The notes beneath the pieces are model-generated. The model saw nothing but the letters and a program-made list of their open reading frames with translations. It was not told the DNA's origin and did not search any database. Shown in pieces: positions 9,117 through 18,263 of a stretch of 38,523 nucleotides of DNA (position 1 is the first letter of the stretch; every line of letters starts with the position of its first letter). A program made the position numbers and the translations under genes. Source of the stretch: an uncultured Rhodobiaceae bacterium (lineage in GTDB: Archaea > Thermoplasmatota > Poseidoniia > Poseidoniales > Poseidoniaceae); NCBI GenBank assembly GCA_937911445.1, contig CALDQY010000003.1, positions 1 to 38,523 on the forward strand, written 5' to 3'.

Positions 9117-9159
9117 GTTCTCACCTGCTCTTGACTAGACACCTTGTGATTTCAACCTT

Positions 9160-10221
9160 TCACTGGACCGATGTTAATTCCATGAAGACAGGCCAGGTTT
9201 CGAATCCGACAGCCGCTGCTCGCTCGTTAATCGGTTCCCAGCGTGGGTCATCGACCATGTCGCTCGGCTCAACGCCGTTGGCCATGAGTTCGGTAACGAG
9301 AGCCCTGAACTCAATCTCGATTTCTGTTTTCGGTTCTTCAACAAGTTCCGGGACTGCTACTTCAACTTCTCCGGTGACGTCTGCCGTTGGCAAAGGAACA
9401 TTCGCTTCTTCCAATTCGTCACCTGCAGCTTGCATTTCTTCGAAGCCGTCGGTTGTTGCTTTTGTAATCGCTTCAGTGACGGATTGTGGTCCCTCGGGCG
9501 ATTCCGTTTCAATCACAGGAAGCGGTACGGATTCTTGCTCCGGGATGGTGACATCTGCTGCTTCAACTGTATCGGATCCAGGAGATTGCATTGGCTCTGG
9601 AGCAGGTGCAGCCGGTTCTTCTACAACGACAGGTTCTGGTGTTGCAGGTTCTGCAGCACGACCTACGCCGAGAATTTCTGCCTGTTGTCGAGCCAATTCC
9701 GCCGCCTGTCGGCGAGGAAGACTTACGAAGCACTTGTTCGGGATTGACGTCGGTGGAAACGGAAGATAATACCGTTCAATCGCTGGAAGACTTGGGTGGC
9801 GAAAACAAATCATGGTGATGTTCTCGAATGCTCTTTGAGCAGGAACGTCCACTGAGAATGGTACGGGTTGAATCGAGATCGAACCACGAACCCACTTTTC
9901 ATTGGTGATCATATGCTGCATCCACGGTCCTAAGTCCGTTGTTGCGAGGTCAAGGAATTCAAATGAGGCGTCTCGTGGGTTCAAGCCTTGTTCTTCCAAC
10001 AAACGAGCCTCTGCACGGGGACGGTGAAACACGCCAATCACTGGCTGACCATGCTCGACCATGTCGCCGTGCATTTCGAGGATTTTGCGTTCTTTTCTTG
10101 GACAGATAAGCATGACTTGCATACGCAATGCTTCAGCATCGAAGATGTCGTGCCAACGCTCTTCGGCCTCAGAAAGGAGCCCATCGATGGTTGTTCCCGG
10201 AATCATTGCTGTTATGCCCAT
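9160..10221 (-). CDS. Hypothetical protein (globular N-terminus, acidic Pro/Glu-rich linker, short helical C-terminal domain)
   Basis: 353-aa ORF co-oriented and tightly packed with its neighbours. No family motif recognised. Confidence 0.7.
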   Translation of the reverse strand: MGITAMIPGTTIDGLLSEAEERWHDIFDAEALRMQVMLICPRKERKILEMHGDMVEHGQPVIGVFHRPRAEARLLEEQGLNPRDASFEFLDLATTDLGPWMQHMITNEKWVRGSISIQPVPFSVDVPAQRAFENITMICFRHPSLPAIERYYLPFPPTSIPNKCFVSLPRRQAAELARQQAEILGVGRAAEPATPEPVVVEEPAAPAPEPMQSPGSDTVEAADVTIPEQESVPLPVIETESPEGPQSVTEAITKATTDGFEEMQAAGDELEEANVPLPTADVTGEVEVAVPELVEEPKTEIEIEFRALVTELMANGVEPSDMVDDPRWEPINERAAAVGFETWPVFMELTSVQ

Positions 10222-10260
10222 GCGCTCACGTCTACGATGATGCAGAGGTGGGATTTAGGT

Positions 10261-11310
10261 CTACTGCTCAAAGTATTTCTTCAAGTAGGCTAATTCTGCG
10301 AGAAGAACAACGCCTCCTGCTGCACCACGGATGGTATTGTGAGACAATCCAATGAACGAGACGACACCATTCTCGACGGATTTAAGCTGGACGGTCGTTG
10401 TCATTCCTGCCTTGAGGTCCACAGTCGGATTGAGAGGGTTCACGGATTGTCCATTCCATAGATGTTCTTCTCGGCTTGGTTCGGATTGAATGCACTCCAT
10501 AAGGAATGTTGGTTGACTTGGAAGTGCATGCGTTTGTTCCTTCGATTGCAGCAAAGATGCAACCACATCAAAGGTCGGTGTATTGTCGACATGCAGTTCG
10601 ACATGAACGATGTGCCCGTCGCGTTCTTCCACGCGCTTGGTTTGCACGTCCCACTCGGCATTGAGGTCCAGAATACGTTCAATTTCCTCGACGATTTTCT
10701 CAGCCTCTCCAGGGATTTCTTGATCGATTGCTTGCATTTTCAACTCCTGATTGTGAAGGAGTTTCCAACCCGCTCCTGAAAGGGCCTGCTCGCTTCGAGC
10801 GACCACCTTGCTAATCGTGTAGTGTTGTGATAGAACAGAAAGGGGGTGAAGAATCGGAACGAGTGTGCAATTTGTTGCACATGCATGGAGGGCCTGACCT
10901 GATGGTGCATGAAGGGCCTCGGGATTGACATCAGCAACAACCAAAGAGACTTCAGGATGCATCCGAAAGGCGCTCGCATTGGAGAACACGTGAAGTCCAG
11001 CACTGACGAGGTTGGCTTCTATTCTCGACGCGGGCTCGCTTGGCAATGCGCTGAAGACAGCAGCCACGTTTCGGTTCTTGAGCTCCTCTGCTAGGTTTCC
11101 GTCGTTGATATCGAGGATTTTGATTTCACTGGAGTCTAGAACTTCTGGCCGTGGTTCATCCAGATGCCATTCGATATCTGCGAGGTTCGTGCCCTGAGAT
11201 TGTCCCGCAACGGCGACCAATTCGAACCATGGATGCATGGCGAGACGTTGTTGCATGCGTTGCGAGACGAGGCCTGAAGCGCCAAGGATAGCGACATGAA
11301 CCCTTGACAT
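10261..11310 (-). CDS. asd: Aspartate-semialdehyde dehydrogenase (archaeal/fungal type)
   Basis: ILGASGLVSQR, VFSALPS, FSNASAFRM, catalytic TNC, QALSGAG, SHNTIRGAAGG. Confidence 0.85.
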   Translation of the reverse strand: MSRVHVAILGASGLVSQRMQQRLAMHPWFELVAVAGQSQGTNLADIEWHLDEPRPEVLDSSEIKILDINDGNLAEELKNRNVAAVFSALPSEPASRIEANLVSAGLHVFSNASAFRMHPEVSLVVADVNPEALHAPSGQALHACATNCTLVPILHPLSVLSQHYTISKVVARSEQALSGAGWKLLHNQELKMQAIDQEIPGEAEKIVEEIERILDLNAEWDVQTKRVEERDGHIVHVELHVDNTPTFDVVASLLQSKEQTHALPSQPTFLMECIQSEPSREEHLWNGQSVNPLNPTVDLKAGMTTTVQLKSVENGVVSFIGLSHNTIRGAAGGVVLLAELAYLKKYFEQ

Positions 11311-11401
11311 GTTCCAGTCTCATGCTTCGTCATTTTAGTCCCTTGCATTGTAAAATTGCTGCAAAGCATATCTTCAAGTGCTCGACATTCAAGGCACCCT
11401 C

Positions 11402-11842
11402 ATGGAGAACACCATCACCATCGAAGCCTTTGCCCACTGTGACGGCCCATGTGGCGTCTACGACCCTGCAAGTGCACGTGTTGCAGCAGAAGCCGTGCAA
11501 TCAATGACCAAGAAAATGGTAGCATTGAGCACCGGCGATGCAGACAAGTCCGCTGCCTCCTACATCAACACGATGAGCCGCTACGCAGCTATCAAGGAAG
11601 AAGAAGCACAGAAGTGCAAAGACGAACTTCTCGTCCTCTGGACAGATTTCTTCAAGCCTCAACATCTAGAGGCAAATCCAGATCTTCACACAACGTTTTG
11701 GATGGCTGCAAAACTTTGCTCAGCGTGCAAGGTTGAAGTCTCCGAACAACACGCACAGGAGTTGATGGATGCTGTTGAAGCCATTCACAACATGTTCTGG
11801 GCAACCAAGGGGCGAGACGTCTCTTGGGTCCGTGCAAGTTGA
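11402..11842 (+). CDS. sodN: Nickel superoxide dismutase precursor
   Basis: Ni-hook HCDGPCGVYDP after a short leader (MENTITIEAFA). Also KEEEAQKCK..L.VLWTDFFK, KLCSACK and FWATK. Confidence 0.95.
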   Translation: MENTITIEAFAHCDGPCGVYDPASARVAAEAVQSMTKKMVALSTGDADKSAASYINTMSRYAAIKEEEAQKCKDELLVLWTDFFKPQHLEANPDLHTTFWMAAKLCSACKVEVSEQHAQELMDAVEAIHNMFWATKGRDVSWVRAS

Positions 11843-11851
11843 GGCGATTCA

Positions 11852-12136
11852 TTGGAATCAATGGCTGTGGTCGTGAACGGCGACAGCATGTGGCCAACAC
11901 TCAAGGATGGGGAAACCATCAATGTGAATGTCCTGTACAAGCAACATCTGCAACCAGGAGACCTCGTTGTATTCCCTGATCCACGCAATACCTCGAGAAT
12001 GTGCATCAAGCGATTGAAGCGTATTGAGGAAAATGGCCTTTTTGTCGAAGGGGATAATCCAGACCCAACCGCTTCGACCGATTCACACAATTATGGGCTG
12101 ATTCCCCTTGAATCAGTGATTGGATTCAAACGCTAA
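11852..12136 (+). CDS. sodX: NiSOD maturation protease (S26 family)
   Basis: V.GDSMWPTLKDGE (catalytic Ser), IKRL (Lys), VEGDNP..STDSHNYG. Directly downstream of sodN. Confidence 0.92.
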   Translation: MESMAVVVNGDSMWPTLKDGETINVNVLYKQHLQPGDLVVFPDPRNTSRMCIKRLKRIEENGLFVEGDNPDPTASTDSHNYGLIPLESVIGFKR

Positions 12137-12856
12137 TTTTCCTTGGCCTAACTCCTCCTCGACAGGAAGAGGGAATAATTTGCGTACGAGGAGTTTTCTT
12201 AGAATCGATGAACCGTCTCGTAGAGAACCCAACTTCGCCTCACCAACTCGGGCACTGTAGGAAATCGGCACGTTGGTGAGCGGGATTCCAGTGATGGCGC
12301 ATTGCGCATACATCTCGGCCTCGATTTCAAAATCCATGCTGTTCAGGTTCATCAGGACCAAAGCCTCTCGATCAAAGAGCCAAAATCCGCTGCAAACATC
12401 ATGGATTTCAAGGCCGTGAAGGATTACTGCAGACCAAGTGAGAAGATGATTCCCAATCCAGTTGACCGGTGACATTGCATCACTGGCTAAGTGGCGATTC
12501 AATCGATTTCCGACAACGACCATTCCAGATTCAAGTTTCGAAAGCATCCTCAGCATGTCCACTGGGTTGTAGGTTTGATCTGCATCAAACATGATGACCG
12601 CATCGTATTGATGCTGGAGCGCATAGGTGAACCCCAATCTAACTGCTTCTCCCTTGCCCTTTGAAGGTTGGACCAAGACAACACAACCACTCTCGGTACC
12701 AACTTGTTGGGATGAATCCGTACTCTTGCCATCAACAATCACGATATCGGGTTGCCAACCCTCTTCTTCAAGCGATGCGTGTGGTATTGTACTCAATACC
12801 GTACGCAACCCCTCTGCCTCATTGAGGACAGGAAGGAGAATCATCAATCGTTTCAC
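12113..12856 (-). CDS. Glycosyltransferase family 2 (polyprenol-phosphate glycosyltransferase-like)
   Basis: LPVLNEAE, VDGKSTD, GKGEA, FDAD (DxD), VVGNR, DVCSGF, FEIEAEM, R.GEAKL. Confidence 0.88.
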   Translation of the reverse strand: MKRLMILLPVLNEAEGLRTVLSTIPHASLEEEGWQPDIVIVDGKSTDSSQQVGTESGCVVLVQPSKGKGEAVRLGFTYALQHQYDAVIMFDADQTYNPVDMLRMLSKLESGMVVVGNRLNRHLASDAMSPVNWIGNHLLTWSAVILHGLEIHDVCSGFWLFDREALVLMNLNSMDFEIEAEMYAQCAITGIPLTNVPISYSARVGEAKLGSLRDGSSILRKLLVRKLFPLPVEEELGQGKLAFESNH

Positions 12857-12882
12857 GTTTGTTTCTTACAGAAGGTTGCTTT

Positions 12883-15219
12883 TCATGCCTTCGCAGGATT
12901 TACTCGATTCAATTCCAAATGATGAATCCGTAAGCCAGTTGAATCAACGATTTGTGAACTTCGTCCAGAAAATCCGAGAGGGTTGATCCAAGGTGACCCA
13001 TCTGAATTCAATTTGAATTCAACATGTAGTTGCTGATCGAGTTGTACATTTTGACACGCCATGTCCCAACCTCCTGACTTCTCTAGGCTCAAGGATTGAT
13101 TATTGAACCTGATCGAATAGTCTTCAAACGAACCAATTTGTTCGTACACAAGACATACCTTGTACAAGCCCTGCAGACTCGTTTGATTCACGATATCATT
13201 CCAGACAAAGGTACCTCTTTGAGTCAGGACAATTCGTTCATCACCTCGTTCAAGTGGATCATTAAAACGGTGGTTGCGCCAAGGATCTTCCTCTAATGCA
13301 CATCCCTTCATTGTGATGCATTCATCTTGGCTGAGTGCAACATTGGAGGAAACTCTGATGGGTGATGGCTCGCTCCAAAGTTTCCAATATCGCGCTCCGG
13401 AAAACTCCTGTTCCATGCTCCAATAAGGTGATGTGCCCAAGGTCAATGCAATCGTTCCGATGGGGCTTGAAACTGCGTAACCAATGCCAAGTCGGTTCAG
13501 GGTTTCGATATCATCCATACGAATGGCTGTTGTTGCCGCACCCTGGATGGATTCATCCAATGTCAGAAGACCGAGTGTTGGGATGCTTGTTGACTGAATT
13601 GACGCATCAAGGGCGTAACTGTGTCCCCAGTGAACGTTTTCAGAATACACGAACTTGTCTGGGGGATGATTCATCAGATATGTTCGAAGTTCAGCATCGC
13701 CAGAGGTTGTTGCATGGAGTTCCTCATGCGTTGAAAGGTTGGTCAACAAACCAACGCTCATCATCGATCCGATGACGAGCATGACAAGGAAAATCGTGCT
13801 GTACAATGGTCGAATGAATGGATCCATTTCCAATCCGAACCATGCATTTTCCTCATCGACGGTTGTGAACGAGGTCGATCGACTCGCAAGTAAACCTACA
13901 ATCACTGCAAGGGGGACATGATAGGCATGCAATGCCATCGAGTAAAGTGTGTAAGAAAGGAGGCTGAGAAGCTGGATGTTTGCCAATCCTTCGATGAGAT
14001 GAACGAATGAAAGAAGCCACAATGCTAGGAACCAGAGGGAAAGCAGTCGGATTTCGAGACTCTTCCGTCCCATGAATATCGCTATGCTCGCAAAGAGCAT
14101 CAGCGAACCATTGAACATGAGCATAGGTTTTCCGCCTTGCCATCCATATTCCGCAAAGATTGGTTCGCTCAGCATACGTGGTGCGAAATAGATGAGTGCG
14201 ATGATGAACATCGAGGTCACAATGAGAATCGACGTAAGGAAGATCGGCTTTTGTTGGGATTGTTCATTATCGGACAATCGTTCACGAGAAAGGAGGCTGG
14301 CAACAAGCAACGCAGCGAGGTAGATAGCTCCAGTGGGATGGATGAGAACGGTGCAAATTGAGAGGAATACAAAAGCGAGCAGATGATACCTGAGTGATTG
14401 TTGAATTGGTCGTAGGACAATCATCAATCCAACGATTAATCCCAATTGACTCGCAACGGTAGGGTAGCCTGAATCAAACACTTTTGCAAACAGCGCCAAG
14501 GATGCACCCATGGCTAGAACGCTTGAAGCACCTGCGCCGAGCCGATCCATGCTTCCCCAAATCCCAAGGAGGAGGGCAAAGAGGGAGAGATGGCCCAAAA
14601 CGAGTATGGATTGTTCAATCGATGATCCTGTTACACTCACGCTCCAGGCGAGAAGTGTTGGAAAAGCAGGTGGATATGTCCACAATCCTGCATTGGGTGA
14701 TGGAACCTCGAACGTGCCTGACTGGGCGACATGGCTTGCAAGTGTGCTAAAACCAATCCAATCAACACCAAACGGGCGATCAAACATGATGATTGGGACC
14801 AATGTAAGAAGACAAAAGCACCCCGCCGCAATCTGCAGCAATGGATTTCGGTTGTTTTGGAACCATTGCTGCGCAGCAACTTCCTGTTCAATTTCAGGCT
14901 CGGATTCACTAAGAACGAGGCCATGAATCGCAGCTTCCATTTTTTGCCATTGTGTGTATGTGGTTCGTTCGACGTGTACTTTGCGGAACAAAAAAGCAAT
15001 CGACAATGCGTTGACAGTGATGAGTGCAATGGTCAAATTCGTTATGCTCCATGCTTGAAGGACAAACAACAATCCTGATGTTCCATACATGGCTAAAAGC
15101 CCGATTGGGAAACACAACAATGCCTTCCGGAAGGTATCTGCAGAAGCATCGAGGATACGCAATAAGGCAAGACCTGGGGCAATGGTCGGTAGGAGAACTG
15201 CAAGCACAACCTCCCACAT
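12883..15219 (-). CDS. Large polytopic membrane protein, possible GT-C-fold glycosyltransferase
   Basis: More than 12 hydrophobic segments, loop motif DRPFGVDW..YPP, IHPTG in a TM segment, soluble C-terminal domain. Directly upstream of the GT2 gene. Function is inferred. Confidence 0.55.
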   Translation of the reverse strand: MWEVVLAVLLPTIAPGLALLRILDASADTFRKALLCFPIGLLAMYGTSGLLFVLQAWSITNLTIALITVNALSIAFLFRKVHVERTTYTQWQKMEAAIHGLVLSESEPEIEQEVAAQQWFQNNRNPLLQIAAGCFCLLTLVPIIMFDRPFGVDWIGFSTLASHVAQSGTFEVPSPNAGLWTYPPAFPTLLAWSVSVTGSSIEQSILVLGHLSLFALLLGIWGSMDRLGAGASSVLAMGASLALFAKVFDSGYPTVASQLGLIVGLMIVLRPIQQSLRYHLLAFVFLSICTVLIHPTGAIYLAALLVASLLSRERLSDNEQSQQKPIFLTSILIVTSMFIIALIYFAPRMLSEPIFAEYGWQGGKPMLMFNGSLMLFASIAIFMGRKSLEIRLLSLWFLALWLLSFVHLIEGLANIQLLSLLSYTLYSMALHAYHVPLAVIVGLLASRSTSFTTVDEENAWFGLEMDPFIRPLYSTIFLVMLVIGSMMSVGLLTNLSTHEELHATTSGDAELRTYLMNHPPDKFVYSENVHWGHSYALDASIQSTSIPTLGLLTLDESIQGAATTAIRMDDIETLNRLGIGYAVSSPIGTIALTLGTSPYWSMEQEFSGARYWKLWSEPSPIRVSSNVALSQDECITMKGCALEEDPWRNHRFNDPLERGDERIVLTQRGTFVWNDIVNQTSLQGLYKVCLVYEQIGSFEDYSIRFNNQSLSLEKSGGWDMACQNVQLDQQLHVEFKLNSDGSPWINPLGFSGRSSQIVDSTGLRIHHLELNRVNPAKA

Positions 15220-15291
15220 GCTTGACCGCTGGTTCAAGCATCACATCAAGTTCATGCATGAACTCTTAGAGGTGAATCCCTTCTTACGTCC

Positions 15292-15906
15292 ATGTGGGGT
15301 TGTCCAGACCGAGCAGGGAGCGGAAAGAATACGTTTCACCCAATCGTACTTCTTCCTGATGAATACTGGGTCCTAAATCTTCAGAAACCACAAACGACGT
15401 GGAATCAACAGTACGAATACACCGTCGGTCGATACGATGAAGATCGTCGCGGAATGTACACGCAAGACCTGTTTGGTGGTGAGCGAACCATTCACGTTGG
15501 GCTTGACATTGGTGGTCCTGTGCAAACACCGATTTTTGCGTTTGAGGATGGAAGGATTCACAGTTTTGCAGACAACGATGAGGATGGATCCTACGGTCCA
15601 ACCATCATTACAGAACACTCGATCGAGATTGATGGTGAACATCAAACCATCTGGGTTCTTCATGGTCATTTGTCTCGGGAATCGTTGAACGGATTGGTTG
15701 CAGGCGCACCCATCTCAAAAGGCGATGCGATTGGGAAGATGGGTGAAGAATTCGAAAACGGAGGTTGGCCTCCGCACGTCCACATACAATTGTCTATGGT
15801 TGAACCGACAGAACCAGACCTAGAAGGCGTTGTCTCACCAGAACATCGCAATGCTGCGCTCAAGCGGTATCCTGATCCTCGAAACATCCTCGGGCTACTC
15901 TATTGA
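15292..15906 (+). CDS. M23 family zinc metallopeptidase
   Basis: HVGLD (HxxxD), YGPTII..H, LHGHL, IGKMG, PPHVHIQ (HxH). No signal peptide visible; start uncertain. Confidence 0.85.
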   Translation: MWGCPDRAGSGKNTFHPIVLLPDEYWVLNLQKPQTTWNQQYEYTVGRYDEDRRGMYTQDLFGGERTIHVGLDIGGPVQTPIFAFEDGRIHSFADNDEDGSYGPTIITEHSIEIDGEHQTIWVLHGHLSRESLNGLVAGAPISKGDAIGKMGEEFENGGWPPHVHIQLSMVEPTEPDLEGVVSPEHRNAALKRYPDPRNILGLLY

Positions 15907-16995
15907 TGCATCATCAGAAAGATAACCCTTCAAAGCTTGAATTGGGCGAATGGCTGCTGGATCTTTGCCATGAAGCAATGCAAGGGCAATGGTGAGCCAA
16001 TCCATGACAATGCAGTGATGAAGTAGGACTTCCAGTAACGAGGTTCCCTCTCCATGAATTCTCCATGCAAAATCCGTTGGCGTATGTTCAATCATCCAAT
16101 CGACTCGGCGGCGTACGCGTGGATGCATTCCATCCCATGTCAGAATGAGTACTGCCTGATTTTCTCGAGCAGGATCGGCATCATCCGAGACGCCTCCCCA
16201 CGCGACAATTTCGTTGTGATTCATTTCGGGAACAATTCCAATTCGAGCGAAACGTCCTGAATTTTCATTCAACTGATTCTTGCATCGCACTAAGGCTGGT
16301 TGCATTTCTGTTGGTCCAAGCAATGCAATGGGATGTTCTCGAAGAGCCATCGCGAGTTCGAGCAATGGCGTGCCCGATGCATTACGGAAATCGTTTGCTT
16401 GACAAGCATATTCCAAACGAACGAGCATGGCTTCTCGCTCATCATCAGCTTGTTGAGGGATTAATCCAAGATGTTCCATTAATGCGAGTTGGCGTGAAAA
16501 CAAGTGGCCGAAGGCGGTACGTGGCGGTTGACCACCAATCGATGGAATGAGGTGACAGTTTTCATGCAACTCGCAAAGTCCTGCGAGAACACCACCAGTT
16601 GCGATGACGACGACGGTAGCGCCTTGTTTGAGAGCCGACTCAGTTGCAGCAATCGTCTCCTCTGTATTTCCACTGTGTGAAGTGGCCAAAATTAACCAGT
16701 CAGATGTCCACCACGATGGTAATTCGTAGCCTCTGTGGACGATGAACGGCTTTGAACCTGAAGCATCAGCAATTCGTGCCAAAAAATCGCCCCCGGCAGC
16801 AGAGCCACCCATTCCGAAGCAGAGTACGCCATTCCAATCACTGGATTTCAGTTGTTGAAGCCATGGAAGGTGTTTCTCATCAACTGCCGAGAAGCCACGT
16901 TCAAGATCAGAAACAAACGACTGGGTAAATCCAATCATACCTTCAGAATCCAATTGTTGAGACAAGTCGTCGATGCTGATCGTCTCATCGGCCAT
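15895..16995 (-). CDS. Bifunctional phosphoglucose/phosphomannose isomerase (SIS domain)
   Basis: GMGGSAAGG, SHSGNTEET, ATGG.L, GQPPRTA, KNQLNEN, PEMNHNEI, D..AI.PI..LK. Start placed at ATG 16995. Confidence 0.88.
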   Translation of the reverse strand: MADETISIDDLSQQLDSEGMIGFTQSFVSDLERGFSAVDEKHLPWLQQLKSSDWNGVLCFGMGGSAAGGDFLARIADASGSKPFIVHRGYELPSWWTSDWLILATSHSGNTEETIAATESALKQGATVVVIATGGVLAGLCELHENCHLIPSIGGQPPRTAFGHLFSRQLALMEHLGLIPQQADDEREAMLVRLEYACQANDFRNASGTPLLELAMALREHPIALLGPTEMQPALVRCKNQLNENSGRFARIGIVPEMNHNEIVAWGGVSDDADPARENQAVLILTWDGMHPRVRRRVDWMIEHTPTDFAWRIHGEGTSLLEVLLHHCIVMDWLTIALALLHGKDPAAIRPIQALKGYLSDDASIE

Positions 16996-17032
16996 GGTTC
17001 TATGGAAGGTTTGACCTTCATATGGGCTCCTA

Positions 17033-18106
17033 TCAATTCGAGTGGTCAAGCGCCATATCGTGCAAGGCGATGAATTCGCCATCAACTCGAGCAAGACGTA
17101 ATTGAGTGGCACCATCATAGTCCCATGGAAGACGAACTGAGGTCATTTGCCAGGTATTTGGGTCTAGGAATTCGGCTGCAGAATCATCACGATTGAGAAT
17201 ATCCACGACGATGTGGTCGTTCATCTGCGACAATACTTTCACGCCATCAAGATCTCTCCACGTTGCACCTGTGCGTTCTTGGCGAGAAATACGCTCCATA
17301 ATGGCGCCATCCTTGCTCCAAGAACTCGGCCGCCACAATTCGCCTCGCCAACGAACAACGTCACCGAGGTCGTAACCGGGCTTTCGATAGAGAAGCGTCA
17401 GTCGTGTAACATCGACACCATCTTTTCGTCCCACTGTCGAATTCGTTTCTGTGACTTGCCCGCCCCAGTTCTCAATCAAATGGCGCCCCCATGCACGGGC
17501 AAGTCCTTTCGAACCCATGACAACATCGTATCCACCCGTAACGGGACCTTCATTGGTGATGAAAAACATTGGATCATCGCTGAGTTGTTCGATAACATCG
17601 TCAAGACTTGCGCGTAGATTGTTGAGTTCGCTTTCTTCCAGTCTGCGACCGGTTGAGCGAAGTTGAACAGTCGCCTCGAAATAATTTCCAGCTCGCCGTG
17701 TGCACGTTAAACACACACCGTTTGAACGGCGAGCTCTCATGGTGTGTTCCTCAGTGTACAAGAGATCGTCAATGACCCCCTCCATCTGCATGTGGAGCAA
17801 CGTGTGTCGATCTGAAACCGTCCTAGGTTCGAATCCCAAACCGATTTCTTCGGCTCGTTCGTGGAACGAAACGTTGCGCTGAATCAACTCGTCCCACAAC
17901 GTATCCTCTGGGATGTTGACCCAACGGCCTTGAATATCGATTAGTCCACAGCGAGCACATTGCGTAAAATTCGTGTTTTCGGGGACAATGGCAAGTTTGG
18001 TTCGCTTGCGTGTGCATGCTTCACACATTTTGTCGGTGAACAGAGGTGGCTCGTTGCCGCACACGAGGCAAAAATCTCCACCTAGTCCGCGACTCAATGA
18101 ACTCAC
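17033..18106 (-). CDS. nmd3: NMD3-family ribosome biogenesis protein
   Basis: CLVCG..CEAC and CARCG..CLTC zinc knuckles, GNYFEATVQLR, GYDVVMGS, VGRKDG..R.T.L.R.P. Confidence 0.85.
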   Translation of the reverse strand: MSSLSRGLGGDFCLVCGNEPPLFTDKMCEACTRKRTKLAIVPENTNFTQCARCGLIDIQGRWVNIPEDTLWDELIQRNVSFHERAEEIGLGFEPRTVSDRHTLLHMQMEGVIDDLLYTEEHTMRARRSNGVCLTCTRRAGNYFEATVQLRSTGRRLEESELNNLRASLDDVIEQLSDDPMFFITNEGPVTGGYDVVMGSKGLARAWGRHLIENWGGQVTETNSTVGRKDGVDVTRLTLLYRKPGYDLGDVVRWRGELWRPSSWSKDGAIMERISRQERTGATWRDLDGVKVLSQMNDHIVVDILNRDDSAAEFLDPNTWQMTSVRLPWDYDGATQLRLARVDGEFIALHDMALDHSN

Positions 18107-18261
18107 TCCTGTTCATGGTCGGCCGTCTTGAAACTTCGTTCAACCGCTTCAATTCGCTTCTCGAGGTCGTTGCTGCGTGCAAATACTGTCCACGTCCAAA
18201 GGCCGATGGCAGCGAGCATGCCGAGATATGCCACAGCAAGATACGTCATTCCTTCGTCCAT
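18103..18261 (-). CDS. CcmD-like small single-TM protein (52 aa)
   Basis: Below the ORF-track cutoff. Manual translation MDEGMTYLAVAYLGMLAAIGLWTWTVFARSNDLEKRIEAVERSFKTADHEQE*. YxxxAY-TM-coiled-coil pattern, GAGGTG SD, starts just after the ccmC stop, and its stop overlaps the nmd3 GTG (GTGA). Confidence 0.7.
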   Translation of the reverse strand: MDEGMTYLAVAYLGMLAAIGLWTWTVFARSNDLEKRIEAVERSFKTADHEQE

Positions 18262-18263
18262 GT

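Noticed and set aside
8981-9769. 262-aa Ser/Gly/Thr-rich plus-strand ORF
   Set aside because: Antisense to the Glu/Pro-rich gene 9160-10221; its composition is explained by the reverse complement.
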